64,000 nt of DNA from Scyliorhinus canicula (Eukaryota), in contig NC_052149.1 in NCBI RefSeq assembly GCF_902713615.1, positions 127,475,256 to 127,539,255 of the forward strand, written 5' to 3'. The notes below the pieces were generated by a model. The model made no database searches. It saw only the letters and a program-made list of their open reading frames with translations, and was not told the DNA's origin. The position numbers were made by a program, and so were the translations under genes. Positions 10,609 through 23,053 of the stretch are shown here, one piece after another (the stretch's first letter is position 1; the number at the start of each line of letters is the position of its first letter).

Positions 10609-13600
10609 AACGGGGGAGGGGGGCGGGACGCCCTCTGATCCGGTTGGTCACCTGGAATGCGAGAGGGTTGAATGGGCCGGTGAAGCGGTCGAGGGTACTG
10701 GCTCACCTGAAGGGGCTAAAGGTAGATGTGGCAATGCTTCAGGAGACCCACCTGAAGGTGGCGGAACAGGTCCGCCTGAGGAAGGGATGGGTGAGGCAGG
10801 TTTTCCACTCTGGGTTGGATGTGAAGAACCGGGGAGTGGCGATTCTGGTGGGGAAAAATGTGTTGTTTGAGGCATCGGAGGTGGTGGCGGATAAGGGGGG
10901 TAGGTATGTTATGGTTAGGGGCAGGCTACAAGGAGAGAAGGTGGTACTGGCTAGTGTGTATGCCCCAAATTGGGACGATGCGGGCTTTATGAGGCGTATG
11001 TTGGGACGGGTCCCGGGTCTGGAGGTGGGAGGTCTGATCATGGGGGGGGGGACTTTAATACGGTGTTGGATCCTTCACTGGATCGGTCCAGCTCTAGGAC
11101 GGGTAGGAGGCCGGCGGCGGCCAAGGTACTGAGAGGGTTTATGGATCAGATGGGTGGGGTGGATCCATGGAGGTTTGTGAGGCCGAGGGCACGCGAGTAC
11201 TCTTTCTTCTCCCACGTACATACGGTCTACTCTTGGATAGATTTCTTCGTGGTGAGTAGGGGACTGATTCCGAGAGTGGAGGAGGCCGAGTATTCGGCCA
11301 TTGCAATCTCCGACCACGCTCCGCAATGGATAGAGTTGGAGATGGGGGAGGTGCGGGACCAACGTCCGTTGTGGCGGTTGGATGTGGGGTTGTTGGCGGA
11401 GGAGGAGGTGTGTAGGAGGGTCCGGGCAAGTATTGAGGGGTACCTCGAGGTGAATGATACGGGGGAGGTTCAGGTGGGGATGGTCTGGGAAGCCCTGAAG
11501 GCAGTGATTCGTGGGGATCTGATATCCATCCGGGCACACAGGGAGAGGAGCGAGAGGAGTGAGAGGGATAGACTGGTAGGAAAGATGCTGGAGGTGGACA
11601 GGAGGTATGCAGAGGCACCAGAGGAGGGACTGTTGGGGGAGAGGCGCAGCCTACAGGCTAAATTTGATTTGCTGACCACTAGAAAGGCAGAGGCACAGTG
11701 GAGGAAGGCACAAGGGGCAGTGTACGAACATGGTGAAAAGGTGAGTAGGATGCTGGCTCATCAGCTCCGCAAGCGGGATGCGGCTAAGGAAATTGCTGGA
11801 GTGAGAGACAAGAGTGGGAATGTGGTGCAGAAGGGGGTAGAGGTGAATGAGGTCTTCAAGGACTTTTACGGGGAACTGTACCAGTTGGAGCCAACGGGGA
11901 AGAGGAGGGGAATGGAGAGGTTCCTTGACGGGCTTTCTTTCCCGAAGGTGCAGGAGTAGAAGGTGGAGGGGTTGGGTGCGCCGATTGAGCTGGAGGAGCT
12001 AGTTAAGGGGATCGGGCAGATGCAGTCAAGGAAGGCACCGGGGCCGGATGGGTTCCCGGTGGAATTTTATAAAAAGTTTGTGGGCCTAGTGGGCCCCTTG
12101 CTGGTGCGGACACTCAATGAAGCGTGGGAAGGGGGGACTTTGCCCCCGACGATGTCGCGGGCGCTGATCTCGTTAATTTTAAAGAGGGATAAGGACCCCC
12201 AGCAGTGTGGTTCATACAGGCCCATATCTCTCCTCAACGTGGATGCTAAGGTCCTCTATCAGGATAGAGGACTGTGTGCCAGGGGTTGTGCACAAGGACC
12301 AGACAGGCTTCGTGAAGGGAAGGCAGCTGAACACGAATGTGCGGAGATTGTTGAATGTCATCATGATGCCGGCGATTGAGGGGGAGGCAGAGATAGTGGT
12401 GGCGCTGGATGCGGAGAAGGCCTTCGATAGAGTGGAGTGGGGGTACCTATGGGAGGTGTTGGGGAGGTTTGGATTTGGTGAAGGGTTCATTAGATGGGTA
12501 AGGCTGCTATATGAGGCCCCAATGGCGTGCGTGGCCACGAATAGGAGGAGGTCGGAGTACTTCCGGCTTTACCGAGGGACCAGACAGGGTTGCCCCCTGT
12601 CCCCCTTGTTGTTTGCACTGGCAATCGAGCCTCTGGCGATGGCGTTGAGGGATTCAGAGAGGTGGAGAGGCTTGGTGCGAGGTGGAGAGGAACATAGGGT
12701 GTCGTATGCCGATGACCTGTTACTGTATGTGGCGGACCCGGTGGGAGGGATGCCGGGAGTGATGGAGTTGCTGGCTGAGTTTGGGACCTTTTCAGGTTAT
12801 AAATTAAATTTAGGCAAGAGCGAGGTGTTTGTGGTGCACCCTGGAGACCAGGAGGAAAGAATTGGTAGGCTCCCGCTTAGGCGGGCAGGGGAGAGTTTTA
12901 GGTACCTGGGGGTGCAGGTGGCCAGGGACTGGGGGACTCTTCACAAGCATAACTTCACCAGACTTGTAGATCAGATGGAGGAGGAGTTCAAGAGGTGGGA
13001 CATGCTGCCATTATAATTGGCGGGGAGGGTGCAGTTCGTCAAAATGACGGTGCTTCCGATGTTCTTGTTCCTTATTCAGTGCCTGCCCATCTTTATCCCC
13101 AGGGCCTTCTTTAGGAGAGTGACCAGCAGTATTTTGAGCTTTGTGTGGGCACATGGGACTCAGAGAGCGAAGAGGGTGTTCCTGGAGCGAAGGACGGATA
13201 GAGGCGGGCTGGCGCTGCCCAACCTTCTGGGGTACTATTGGGCAGCCAATGTGTCAATGGTGCGTAAATGGGTGATGGAGGGGGAGGGGCGGCGTGGAAA
13301 AGAATGGAGATGGCGTCATGTAGAGGTACGAGCCTGGGTGCCATGGTAACGGCACCGTTGCCGCTCTCCCCTAAGAGGTTTACCATGAGCCCGGTGGTGG
13401 CGGCGACCCTAAGAATCTGGGGACAGTGGAGACGGCATCGGGGGGAAGCAGGGGGCTCGATGGAGGCTCCACTGGGTGGCAACCATCGGTTCATCCCGGG
13501 GAACAAGGATGGGGGATTTAGGGGGTGGCAAAGGGCGGGCATCAGCAAATTGAGGGACCTGTTTATTGGCGGGAGGTTTGCAGGCCTGGGGGATCTGGAA

Positions 13601-14615
13601 GATAAATTTGGCCTTCCCCAAGGGAACATGTTCAGATACTTGCAGGCAAAGGCGTTTGCTAGGCGACAGGTAGAGGGATTCCCTCTGCTGCCGTCGCGGG
13701 GGATAATGGACAGAGTGCTTTCGGGGGTGTGGGTCGGAGAGGGGAAGGTGTCTGACATCTATAAGGTAATGCAGGAGGTGGAGGAGTTGTCAGTGGAGGA
13801 GCTGAAGGCTAAATGGGAGGAGGAACTTGGGGAGCAGATAGAGGACGGGACTTGGGCGGATGCCTTGGAGAGAGTCAACTCTTCCTCCTCATGTGCGAGG
13901 CTTAGTCTCATCCAATTTAAGGTGCTGCACCGGGCCCACATGTCCGGGACTAGGATGAGTAGGTTCTTTGGGGGTGAGGACAGGTGCACCAGATGTTCGG
14001 GGAGTCCAGCGAACCACGCCCATATGTTCTGGGCATGCCCAGCACTGGAAGAATTCTGGAAGGGGGTGGCGGGGACGGTGTCGAGGGTGGTTGGATCCAG
14101 GGTCAAACCAGGGTGGGGACTCGCGAATTTTGGAGTTGCGGTAGAGCCGGGAGTGCAGGAGGCGAAGAGGCCGGTGTCCTGGCCTTTGCGTCCCTAGTAG
14201 TCTTGATGCAGTGGAAAGATGCGAGGCCCCCAAGTGTGGAGACCTGGATCAGTGACATGGTGGGATTTATAAAATTGGAAAGGGTCAAATTTGCCCTGAG
14301 AGGATCAATACAAGGGCTCTATAAACGATGGCAGCCTTTTCTGGACTTTCTGGCTCAAAGATAGGTAACTTGGTCAATAGCAGCAGCAACCCGGGGGGGG
14401 GGAGGGGGGGGGGGGGGGGGTTCCTTATTGTAGTGTCTACTCTGTTACTTTATATTGTGCTAATTTGCATTGCTGTTAAAATGCTGTGTTGTTCATGGAG
14501 GTGGGGCGAATGTTTGTGATTGTTAATATTATTGTTATTTTTGGTATTTTACTGTGGTGCGTTATTGTTGTATAAATTCAAAATTTTTCAATAAAAATTA
14601 TTTTTTAAAAAAAGA
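10609..14615 (+). mobile_element. L1-clade LINE, truncated just upstream of ORF2 (APE endonuclease + RT), inactivated
   Basis: VTWNARGLNGPVKR...LQETHL, GGDFN, KAPGPDG, DAEKAFD, GTRQGCPLSP and YADD motifs, with several stops and frameshifts. AATAAA at 14590 followed by an A-rich tail. 15-bp TSD AGAAAAGTAATTGAA at 10594-10608 and 14616-14630. Confidence 0.95.
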
Positions 14616-14959
14616 AGAAAAGTAATTGAAGATTGCCGTACTGGCTGAGGTCATTCATGAAGGCCGCGCCTTCTCAACCTTGCCTCAAGTGCGGTAATGG
14701 TCAGGGTAAATTACCGCCAGTCAGTTCTCCCCCTCAAAGGGGAAAGCAGTCTGTGGACATCGGGGACTGTGGCGGCTTTACCTTTTACAATTTGAGAGCA
14801 GTTAATAAAGCATAAGGTGTCCTGGCTATATTAATAGGGGGACTGGTCAGATTCCAGCCCAACCCACCATCCAGGTCCTGCTGAAAGTCACTGGACTGTC
14901 GAATCCCGTGCAGCGAGTCATACCATGGCCAGGCTGGAAAATCTTGGAAAATATAGCCA

Positions 14960-15735
14960 GAACACAAATATACACAGAGCACACAAATATACACAGAACA
15001 CACAAATATACAGAGCACACAAATATGCACAAAACAGAAATATACAGAGCACACATCTGTACAGAGCACACAAATATGCATAAAACACAAATATACAGAG
15101 CACGCAAATATACAGAGCACACAAATATACACAGAGCACACAAATATACACAGAACACACAAATATACAGAGCACACAAATATGCACAAAACAGAAATAT
15201 ACAGAGCACACATCTGTACAGAGCACACAAATATGCACAAAACACAAATATACAGAGCACGCAAATATACAGAGCACACAAATATACACAGAACACACAA
15301 ATATACAGAGCACACAAATATACACAGAGCACACAGATATACACAGAGCACACAAATATACACGGAGCATACAAATATACACTGAGCACACAAATATACA
15401 CAGAGCACACAAATATACACAGAGAATACACAAATATACAAGGAGTACACACAAATATACACAGAGCACACAAATATGCACAGAACACATAAATATTCAC
15501 AGAACATATAAATATACATTGAGTACACAGAAATACTAAGAACATACAAATATACACACAACACACAAATATACACACAAATATACACAGATCACACAAA
15601 TATACACAGGGTACACAAATATACACAGAACGCACAAATATACACAGAGCACACCAATATACACAGCACATAAATATACACAGAACATATAAATATACAC
15701 TGAGTACACAAATATACACAGAGCACACAGAAATA
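14960..15735. repeat. About 19-bp minisatellite (ACACAAATATACACAGAGC)n
   Basis: Dozens of 17-21-bp units. A short continuation lies at about 15970-16010 beyond the SINE. Confidence 0.95.
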
Positions 15736-15745
15736 TTGAGAACAG

Positions 15746-15968
15746 GGCAGCACGGTGGCGCAGTGGTAGCACTGCAGTCTCACGGCGCCAAGGTCCCAGG
15801 TTCGATCCCGGCTCTGGGTCACTGTCCGTGTGGAGTTTGCACATTCTCCCCGTCTTTGCGTGGATTTCGCCCCCACAACCCAAAGATGTGCAAGGTAGGT
15901 GGATTGGCTATGCTAAATTGCCCCTTAATTGGAAAAAATGAATTGGGTACTCTAAATTTATTTAAAAA
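15746..15968 (+). mobile_element. tRNA-derived SINE inserted in the minisatellite
   Basis: Full head and core. AGAAATA(T/C)TGAGAACA is duplicated on both sides. Confidence 0.9.
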
Positions 15969-16806
15969 AAGAAATACTGAGAACACAGAACACATAAATA
16001 TGCACGAAACACCACTCCCCACGTTGTCACTCTGAATAACCACCCTTTACTCCCATCTCCGCTTTCTGTTTTGAAGACCGCGAGCAATCCATACCATCAC
16101 ATTTCCTCTAACTCAATATTCTCTGATTCATTCATTAGTCTGTTTTGGGGCACCTTATCAAATGCCTTTTGAAAATCGAGGTAAATTATGGTCACGATTC
16201 CCTGGGAAAATGCCTAAGTCTGGTTTTGGGTGTGTTTGACGCCGTGTTTAATGACGGCTGCAGTGCCAAGATGGAGACCACTATTCCAGTAGCACTCAGC
16301 CACGTTCTGGGACCTAGGGGAGTTTCTCCCGTCAGGGCGACACTTCAAAATTTCTCCGGCACTGGGAAACTGAGCTCGGCAGCAGGATCGGCTCCTCACA
16401 GGTCATTCAGAAAGGAAGCCGCGATCTCGATCATTACATGGATCACAGCCAGCGAGGCCATGATCCAGCTCACGCTGGGTGCCATGAGTCAGATAACTCA
16501 CCTGAGACTTCCCGCCCACCAGATCTCGATTTGGGGCTCTCCTGCTATGCCCACATTGTGCCCACTGCAGAGCCGGGCACAACGTGGTGGGAAACTGATG
16601 CCCCGCATTGACTACATTCCCATTGTCTACTCACTCTGTTACCTCCTCACAATATTCAGTCAGGTTAGTCAGGAAGATTTTCACTTTTGAAATTTATACT
16701 GACTTATTCTGCTGTATATTCACCAGACAAAATATAGAAAAAAATTCACAATGTACACGCGATTCATAAATACACCAGGATTAAAATTCCTTCTTTTCTC
16801 TTCCAG

Positions 16807-17135
16807 CCCGTGAGAATTCACAACCCACACTGATCCTGCTGCCCCCCTCCCAGGAGGAGGTCAAGACTAAGGGCACTGCCACCCTAATGTGCCTTGCCAA
16901 TCACTTCTATCCCGATGAGGTGGTGGTGGAGTGGAAGAAGGATGGTGCAGCCATTTCGGACGGGGTTCAGACCAGCAACTACCTGCGAGCTTCGGACAAC
17001 ACCTACAGTGTCAGCAGCCTGCTGACCCTCTCTGGCTCTGCCTGGGAGTCCAACGCCCGCTTCTCCTGTGCCCTCACCCACGTGAGCCTCTCCTCTGCCC
17101 TCAGCAAGAGCATCAGGAGATCAGAATGTGTGTAG
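16807..17135 (+). CDS. IGKC: Ig kappa-type constant exon (intact)
   Basis: Pyrimidine tract plus TTCCAG acceptor (AG 16805-16806), in frame with J: (T)RENSQPTLILLPPSQEEVKTKGTATLMCLANHFYPDEVVVEWKKDG...YSVSSLLTLSGSAWESNARFSCALTHVSLSSALSKSIRRSECV*. C1-set Cys/Trp/Cys and the C-terminal interchain Cys are present. Confidence 0.96.
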
Positions 17136-17297
17136 AGTGTCAGAGACAGTCCACAGAGGAGACACAACTTTAAATAGAACAGGGGTGAGCTGGGAGGGCA
17201 AAGGTCATTGTCAGCACTGACGTACAACTCTCTTCCTTCTCGGGACTGGGTCTGAGACACTTCTGAGGGGCAGGGGTTAAGGCACATTACTGAAGGA

Positions 17298-17440
17298 GTA
17301 CAGAAGGAGCTGTACTCTGTATCTAACTCCATGCGGTATCTGCCCTGGGGGTGTTTGATGGGACAGTGTAGAGGGAACTTTACTCTGTACCTAATGTTGT
17401 GCTGTACCTGTCCTGGGAGTGTTTGATGGGACAGTGCAGA
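17298..17440. repeat. Two copies of a 68-bp repeat in the C 3' UTR
   Basis: GGA(G/A)CT(G/T)TACTCTGTA...TG(C/T)CCTGGG(G/A)GTGTTTGATGGGACAGTG at 17306 and 17374. Confidence 0.8.
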
Positions 17441-17680
17441 ATCATGATGCCAAGTAAAACCTCTCTAAGACGCTGAAATCTCTGCTTCAGGAAACCAGAC
17501 CTCCTTCCTGCTCACCCTGTAGTTACAATTTAAGGTTTAGTTTAAAGGGACAGGATTCTCATTGAGAAAATCTCAGCAAGTATTTAAAAAACCTCCATTC
17601 TCCCTGTGAATTACTCCAGCTTCCTCTGGCTGGGCTGTTTATTCAAGTCTTTCTTCTGACAATGTAAATCTGTAAAAGGT

Positions 17681-17686
17681 AATAAA
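17681..17686 (+). terminator. Polyadenylation signal of the light-chain gene
   Basis: AATAAA 546 bp after the stop codon, followed by a GT-rich stretch (GTCTGTGTCTCGTGTGTG). Confidence 0.75.
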
Positions 17687-17944
17687 CATTAAGAATATTC
17701 AGTCTGTGTCTCGTGTGTGCTTTGGAAATATCCCTCCTCCCCATCAGCTGATTGGCTGCATTTCAGCAAGTAATTGTCATGATTGGTTGGTTGGCCTGTC
17801 ATTCAATGACACATCAGCAGAAGATTGGATTCAAAGACATTTATCAATCATTTTTAAATGATCAGTTTTATTTGGAATCTCTGAGTTTACAAGATTCAAA
17901 TCAGAAAAGAAACTGAAAGTTCCTGGGATTAAATCATCACAATC

Positions 17945-19065
17945 ACAATTCTCCAACCCATATTCCCCACCTCCCCCTTGACCTGACCATCTCACAAGGT
18001 TTCACTACTCCCATAGTTTCAATCACAGATAAGACCATCACTGATCACTTCCTTCTATCACTCCCCACCCACATCCCCCTTCCACACCCCAACCCAACCC
18101 CCTTCTGTATCCATCCCTGGGAAAACCTATTCCCCAATTCACTTACTCAGGCACTTTCAAAATCCCAACTATCTGTCTCTGGCCCTCCGATCACCACAAC
18201 ATTTCTTTTTTTTTAATATAAATTTAGAGTACCCAATTATTTTTTCCAAGGGGCAATTTAGCGTGGCCAATCCACCTAACCTGCACATCTTTGGGTTGTG
18301 GGGGTGAAAACCACGCCAACATGGGGAGAACGTGCAAACTCCACACAGTGACCCAGGGCCGGGATCCGAACCCGGGTCCTCAGCGCCGTAGGCAGCAATG
18401 CTAACCACTGTGCCACCGTGCTGCCCCCACCACAACATTTCTTCAACGACTGATTTACTGAACCTCACCCTCACCACCACCTTTGATATCCTTGTTCCCA
18501 ATAAAACCATTACTCTCTCTCACCCTGGCCGTTCCCCCTGCTACGGTCTCATATCCACTCACTTAATCCAAGGCACATAAACTTGAAAGGATATGGTGGA
18601 GAACTGGTTTATCCATCCACTGTCAGATCCGGCTGGACCACTTCAAACACTCCCGGCTCCTACTCCCATCTGCTAAAACTGTTCACTATTCCAGGATCAT
18701 CCTGGAATGTAAAGATAACCCCGGCTTCTTTTCTCAACTGCAGACCATCTTCTTAAACCCCTCTCCCCTGTCCCCTCCACCCTCACCTCCAACAACAAGT
18801 GGGAGGGGCTCATGGACGTCTTTGTCACTAAGATTGAGACGATCCAATCAGCTGCCTCGGCCACGTCCCTCCCGGTCACTCGCCCGTCTGGACAAACTTC
18901 CTCTAATTCTCCCCCATGCCCGGGCCCTGAACTCACATCTTTCTCTAGTTTCTCTCCTATCTCCCCTCATGCCCTCTCTGAGCTCATCTTGTCCATGAGA
19001 CTCACCTCCTGTTCCTTCATCCTATTCCCATTAAATTGCTGATCACCCATCCTCCCTGCCTGGTT
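17945..19065 (+). mobile_element. L2-type LINE fragment with a nested minus-strand SINE (18205-18427)
   Basis: Pyrimidine-rich ORF2 remnant (MDVFVTKIETIQSAASATS...FSSFSPISPHALSELILSMR) and the SINE core on the minus strand. Confidence 0.7.
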
Positions 19066-19224
19066 GCCATGTTAGCCCACATTAGAAATGGAAACTCCAG
19101 GCCTGTTGCTGAACATGTTATAGGGAAAGTGGTAGAAGCTATTACTAAAGAAGCCATAGCAGGGCACCTGAATGAGTTCAAGGTAATTAGTAGAGTCAAC
19201 ATGGTTTTATGAAAAGCAAATCAT

Positions 19225-21325
19225 GGACTTTCGGCAGTGATTGTGGAGCGACTGGTCACATATTTGGAGGCTCCCGCTCAAGGCGTTTTTTTTTGGTCTC
19301 TCTCCTGCTCAAAGGCCAAAGTATTTGAGGGCAAAAAGTAGAGGAATGCCTGGGGAAGGTAATGCTCCTCTGGTGTGGCTGGAGGATGGATCCGCAGACA
19401 AGGAGTGGTGTAAGGAAAAAATAGCAGCTAGAGCAGGAGAGACTTTGTGGTGCACCACAGGTAAAGATAGCGGAGGGCATGCTGTCCGCCCAGTGGTCGA
19501 CGGAGCAGTTGGCAGAGTTCCTGAATAATAAATTTCAGCAACAGAGGAAAGCGACCCTGGAAGACCTAGCCAGGTTGTCAGAACCATTGAGATCTGGGAT
19601 CAGGGTCCCAGGGCCAGGTGATCCAGAAAGTGGAGGAGGTGATGAAGGAGCATGAGGAGCAGTTGGCCTCATTGGTGACTGAGATGGGAGTGATGTGGGA
19701 GAGCCAGAAGAGGCTGAGGGAGAAGGTGGAGGACCTGGAGAATCCCCGAATTGCGATTAAATGGATTTTATGAAGCGGGTGTTAGGGAAGGTTCTGGACT
19801 TGGGCGCACATAGGTTGATTATTGGGGGGATTTTAACATGGTCATTCATCCTAATTTGGTCCAGTCGAGTCCCAAGTCGTTGAGGGTGTCAGCAGTGGTG
19901 AAGGAGTTCAGGAGGTTTATGCAGTGCATGGAGGGTGGACTCGGAGAGGCTTGGGAGGCGGCGGGCGAAGGAGTTTTCATATTCCTCCCATGTGCACTGG
20001 GTGTACTCCCAGAGTGGGGGGGGGGGGGGGTGCGCTGTATGTGGGGTTGCTGGCAGATGAGTGGCTGTGTGAGCGGGTGAGGGCTGCCATTCAGGGCCAC
20101 TTGAAGCTGAATGACATGACGGAGGTCACAGCCGCAACACTGGTGGAGGCACTCAAGGCTGCTGTCGGGGAAGAGTTCATGTCAACTCGGGAGCATAGGG
20201 AGAAAACGGAGCTGGGGGGGGGGGGGGGGGAGGGAATACTGGTGGACGAGATTTTGAGGGCGGACAGGAGATATTTGGAGACAGGGCTGTTGACAAGGCA
20301 AAGGCTCCAGATGGAGTTTGGGCTAGTTTCTATGGGGAAGGCGGTGGGGCAACTGTGGAGTGACAGAGGGCCAGTGTATAAGTATGGGGAGAAGGCGAGT
20401 AGGATGTTGGCCCATCAGTTGAGAAAGCAAGAGGCGGCGAGGGAGTTAGGGATGATAAGAGCAAGGTGGTGATGGATCCAGAGGGGGTGAATGGGGTGTT
20501 CGAGGCATTCTATAGGAGGGTCTATGAGTCAGAGCCTCTGGCCGGGGAGGAGGGGGATGGGGTGGTTGCTGGATGGGTTCGTTTTTCCCAAAGTGAGGAG
20601 GAGCTGGTTCAGAGATGGGGGCCCCAATTGGGCTGAGGGAAGTGATGGATAGTATGGGGATGATGCAGGCAGGGAAGGTCCCAGGGCTGGACGGATTCCC
20701 GGTAGAGTTTGATAAAATGTTTGGAGCAGACCTGGGGCCACTGCTGTTGAGGGAGTATAATGAAGCAAGGGAGAGGGGAGAACTCCCTCCGACATTATTA
20801 CAGGCTTCCATCTCTCCGATTTAAAGAAGGATAAGGATCCAGAGCAGTGTGGGTCGTACCGCCCAATATCACTATTGAACGTGGACGGCAAGTTATTGGC
20901 GAAGCTGTTGACATCGCAAATTGAGGACTGTTTCCTGGGGGAATATGGGAAAGAGTGAGGTGTTCTCGATTGAGGCCAGGGGGCAGGAAAGGAAATTAGG
21001 GAACGTGCCCTTTAGGGTGGTGGGGGCGAGTTTCAGACACTTGGGTATCCAGGTGGCGTGGAGTTTGGCGCAGTTGCATGAATTGAACTTGGCTCAGCTG
21101 GTGGAGCAGATGAAGGTGGACTTTAAAAGGTGAGATGTACTGCCGCTGTCACTGGCAGGTGGGTACAGACAGTGAAAATAACAATGCTGCCAAGGTTTCT
21201 GACTGTATTTCAGAACCTCGCGATCTTTGTTCCCAAGTCAACCCTGTCCCACCCTCCACCCAGACACATACAAGACAAATGGTAGGAGGGGTTGGGAAAA
21301 GATTAAAAACAGGGATTAAAAGGGT
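19225..21325 (+). mobile_element. Heavily deleted L1-clade element (5' region, ORF1 and ORF2 pieces)
   Basis: IGGDFN-like sequence, EKASRMLAHQLRKQEAAR, GKVPGLDGFP, and GSYRPISLLNVD-like remnants colinear with the 10.6-kb L1. Confidence 0.8.
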
Positions 21326-22546
21326 ATGAGAGATTTGACGGTCTTTGCTGCTGATGTTGAGGCCCTTGTAGGCGGTGATCTCTTCAGAATGAGAGGTGTT
21401 TCAAACCATCAGTGAGTTTGGATCTTTTTAAGAACTACCATCCATTAGAATTGCCTTCTCTGGAGATTCAAATCTGTGCAATTCTATCATGCGACCACCA
21501 GATGGACTCTGTCTCCCTGAGATAGTACTGGAGTTTTCTACTTTCGAGTTTACAGCAGATTTTTAATCCACTCTGACATTCAACTGCTTATCTACTCTGT
21601 GCAGAGATTCTGGCTGTATCGTGATGCGAGTTCTGAGACTGGGCTTTTCCCAGTCATTCAGACAGAGGATTAAATTGTTACAGACCTGGTGGGAGAACCT
21701 GCTTGCAGTTTTCACAGGTCTGGTTACTGTCTGCAGTCCTTTAAATAGGAGTGCCTTCCACAGGTGTGGTTGGGAGAGAGAAAGCTGAGAGCGTGTGCCT
21801 TAAAGCTGCTTCTTGCGTGGAACTTTCAGAGCTGACAAAATGGGACTTGCTTCTCCTGTTCCAGAAGTTTATCCAAAGTCCACCAATCAAAAATGAGAAT
21901 CTGTCCAAGGCCCAGATTTCAAACAGGCTGATTGGCTGCTTGCCAAGTCCATCAACAGTACATTACCAGCTATGCCACAGAGCATACTGAATCAGAGGGG
22001 ATCTGCTGGATCAGTCCACATTGCAGCTTGCAGCTGGGATTTTCAGTTCAAAAACAAAAGTTAATGATTTTAAAACCAGCCAATAGGACAGGCATTAAAT
22101 GAGGAACAAGAAACAGATCAGGATTTTAGCAAGTTCCTTCCAACATGGGTGCATGTCTCCTAGAGTGGGTGTGTTACTCAGTGCTGTCTGTAGGGAATAG
22201 TTGGTGATGAATCGGGGAAGGCGCTACATCAGGAACAGTTGGTGATCTGAGACCCAGATTATTGGAATTCTGTGATTGGTTTGTGTATAAACTGGAAGCT
22301 GTTTATGAAGAGCATTGAGCAGTCACTGAGTGACTGTACTCGGTGCTTTAGTCCCACATCCCCAGCTCTCTCCCACGGACTGCAGCCAAAGGTTTGATGA
22401 TACGTCTGGAGTCCTACAAATGATGCCAATTGAATGGCCTGTTGAACATGAAATGGAAGCAATTGATCTTACTGTGTAGCTATCGGAAGGATGCGCACTG
22501 CAGAGCGATGATAGAACACAGGCAGACACAAGTCACAGTGAGTTAG

Positions 22547-22552
22547 TTTATT
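22547..22552 (-). terminator. Probable polyadenylation signal of the RABGAP1L-family gene
   Basis: TTTATT on + (AATAAA on -), followed on the minus strand by GT-rich GTGACTTGTGTCTGCCTGTGTT. Implies a 3' UTR of about 2.4 kb. Confidence 0.55.
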
Positions 22553-23015
22553 GTTGAAAATACAATTGTTACAAATACAAGCTGCCCCCGAGGTGGCCGT
22601 AGCACTGACCAACCAGGGAGAGCAACTTGGCTTTACAGATAAACACACAAACTAAAGACGTCTGTTGACCAGGTCAACAGACTGTAAGTCTAAGCATAAA
22701 TTTCCCTTATTTTTAACTATTTTCAAATCGAACCTGTTTGAAAATTAAAGAAACAAGATAGATCATTTATTTGTTCTTTGTACAATGTGCAAATGGAGTC
22801 TTTCAGCTGTTTCTCTGCCGTGTCCGCGCAACACCAGTTTGTAAAGAGTGAAAGGGAAGAATGTTGGCCTGTTCTGCAGAAGGATCCAAGCAGCCCAGTT
22901 AGTGTGTCAGACAGTGCGTCCAGAGAGTGACAGTGAGGCTTGAGAACCAACCTGAGCAAAGCATCTCCAGTTTTGGGGGTTAATTGATGGGAGCAGCAGG
23001 GTACTATCAATCTGG

Positions 23016-23018
<3 letters not shown>

Positions 23019-23053
<35 letters not shown>

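Noticed and set aside
14785-15728. Long ORFs of 190-293 aa on both strands
   Set aside because: These are translations of the 19-bp minisatellite (C/V/Y/L or T/H/K/Y repeats).
18343-18375. CACAGTG heptamers within SINE copies as cryptic RSSs
   Set aside because: They are part of the SINE consensus, with no nonamer at the required spacing.
22534-22575. CACAGTG downstream of C as a possible deleting element
   Set aside because: No nonamer at 12 or 23 nt. The site is better explained as the RABGAP1L cleavage/polyadenylation region.
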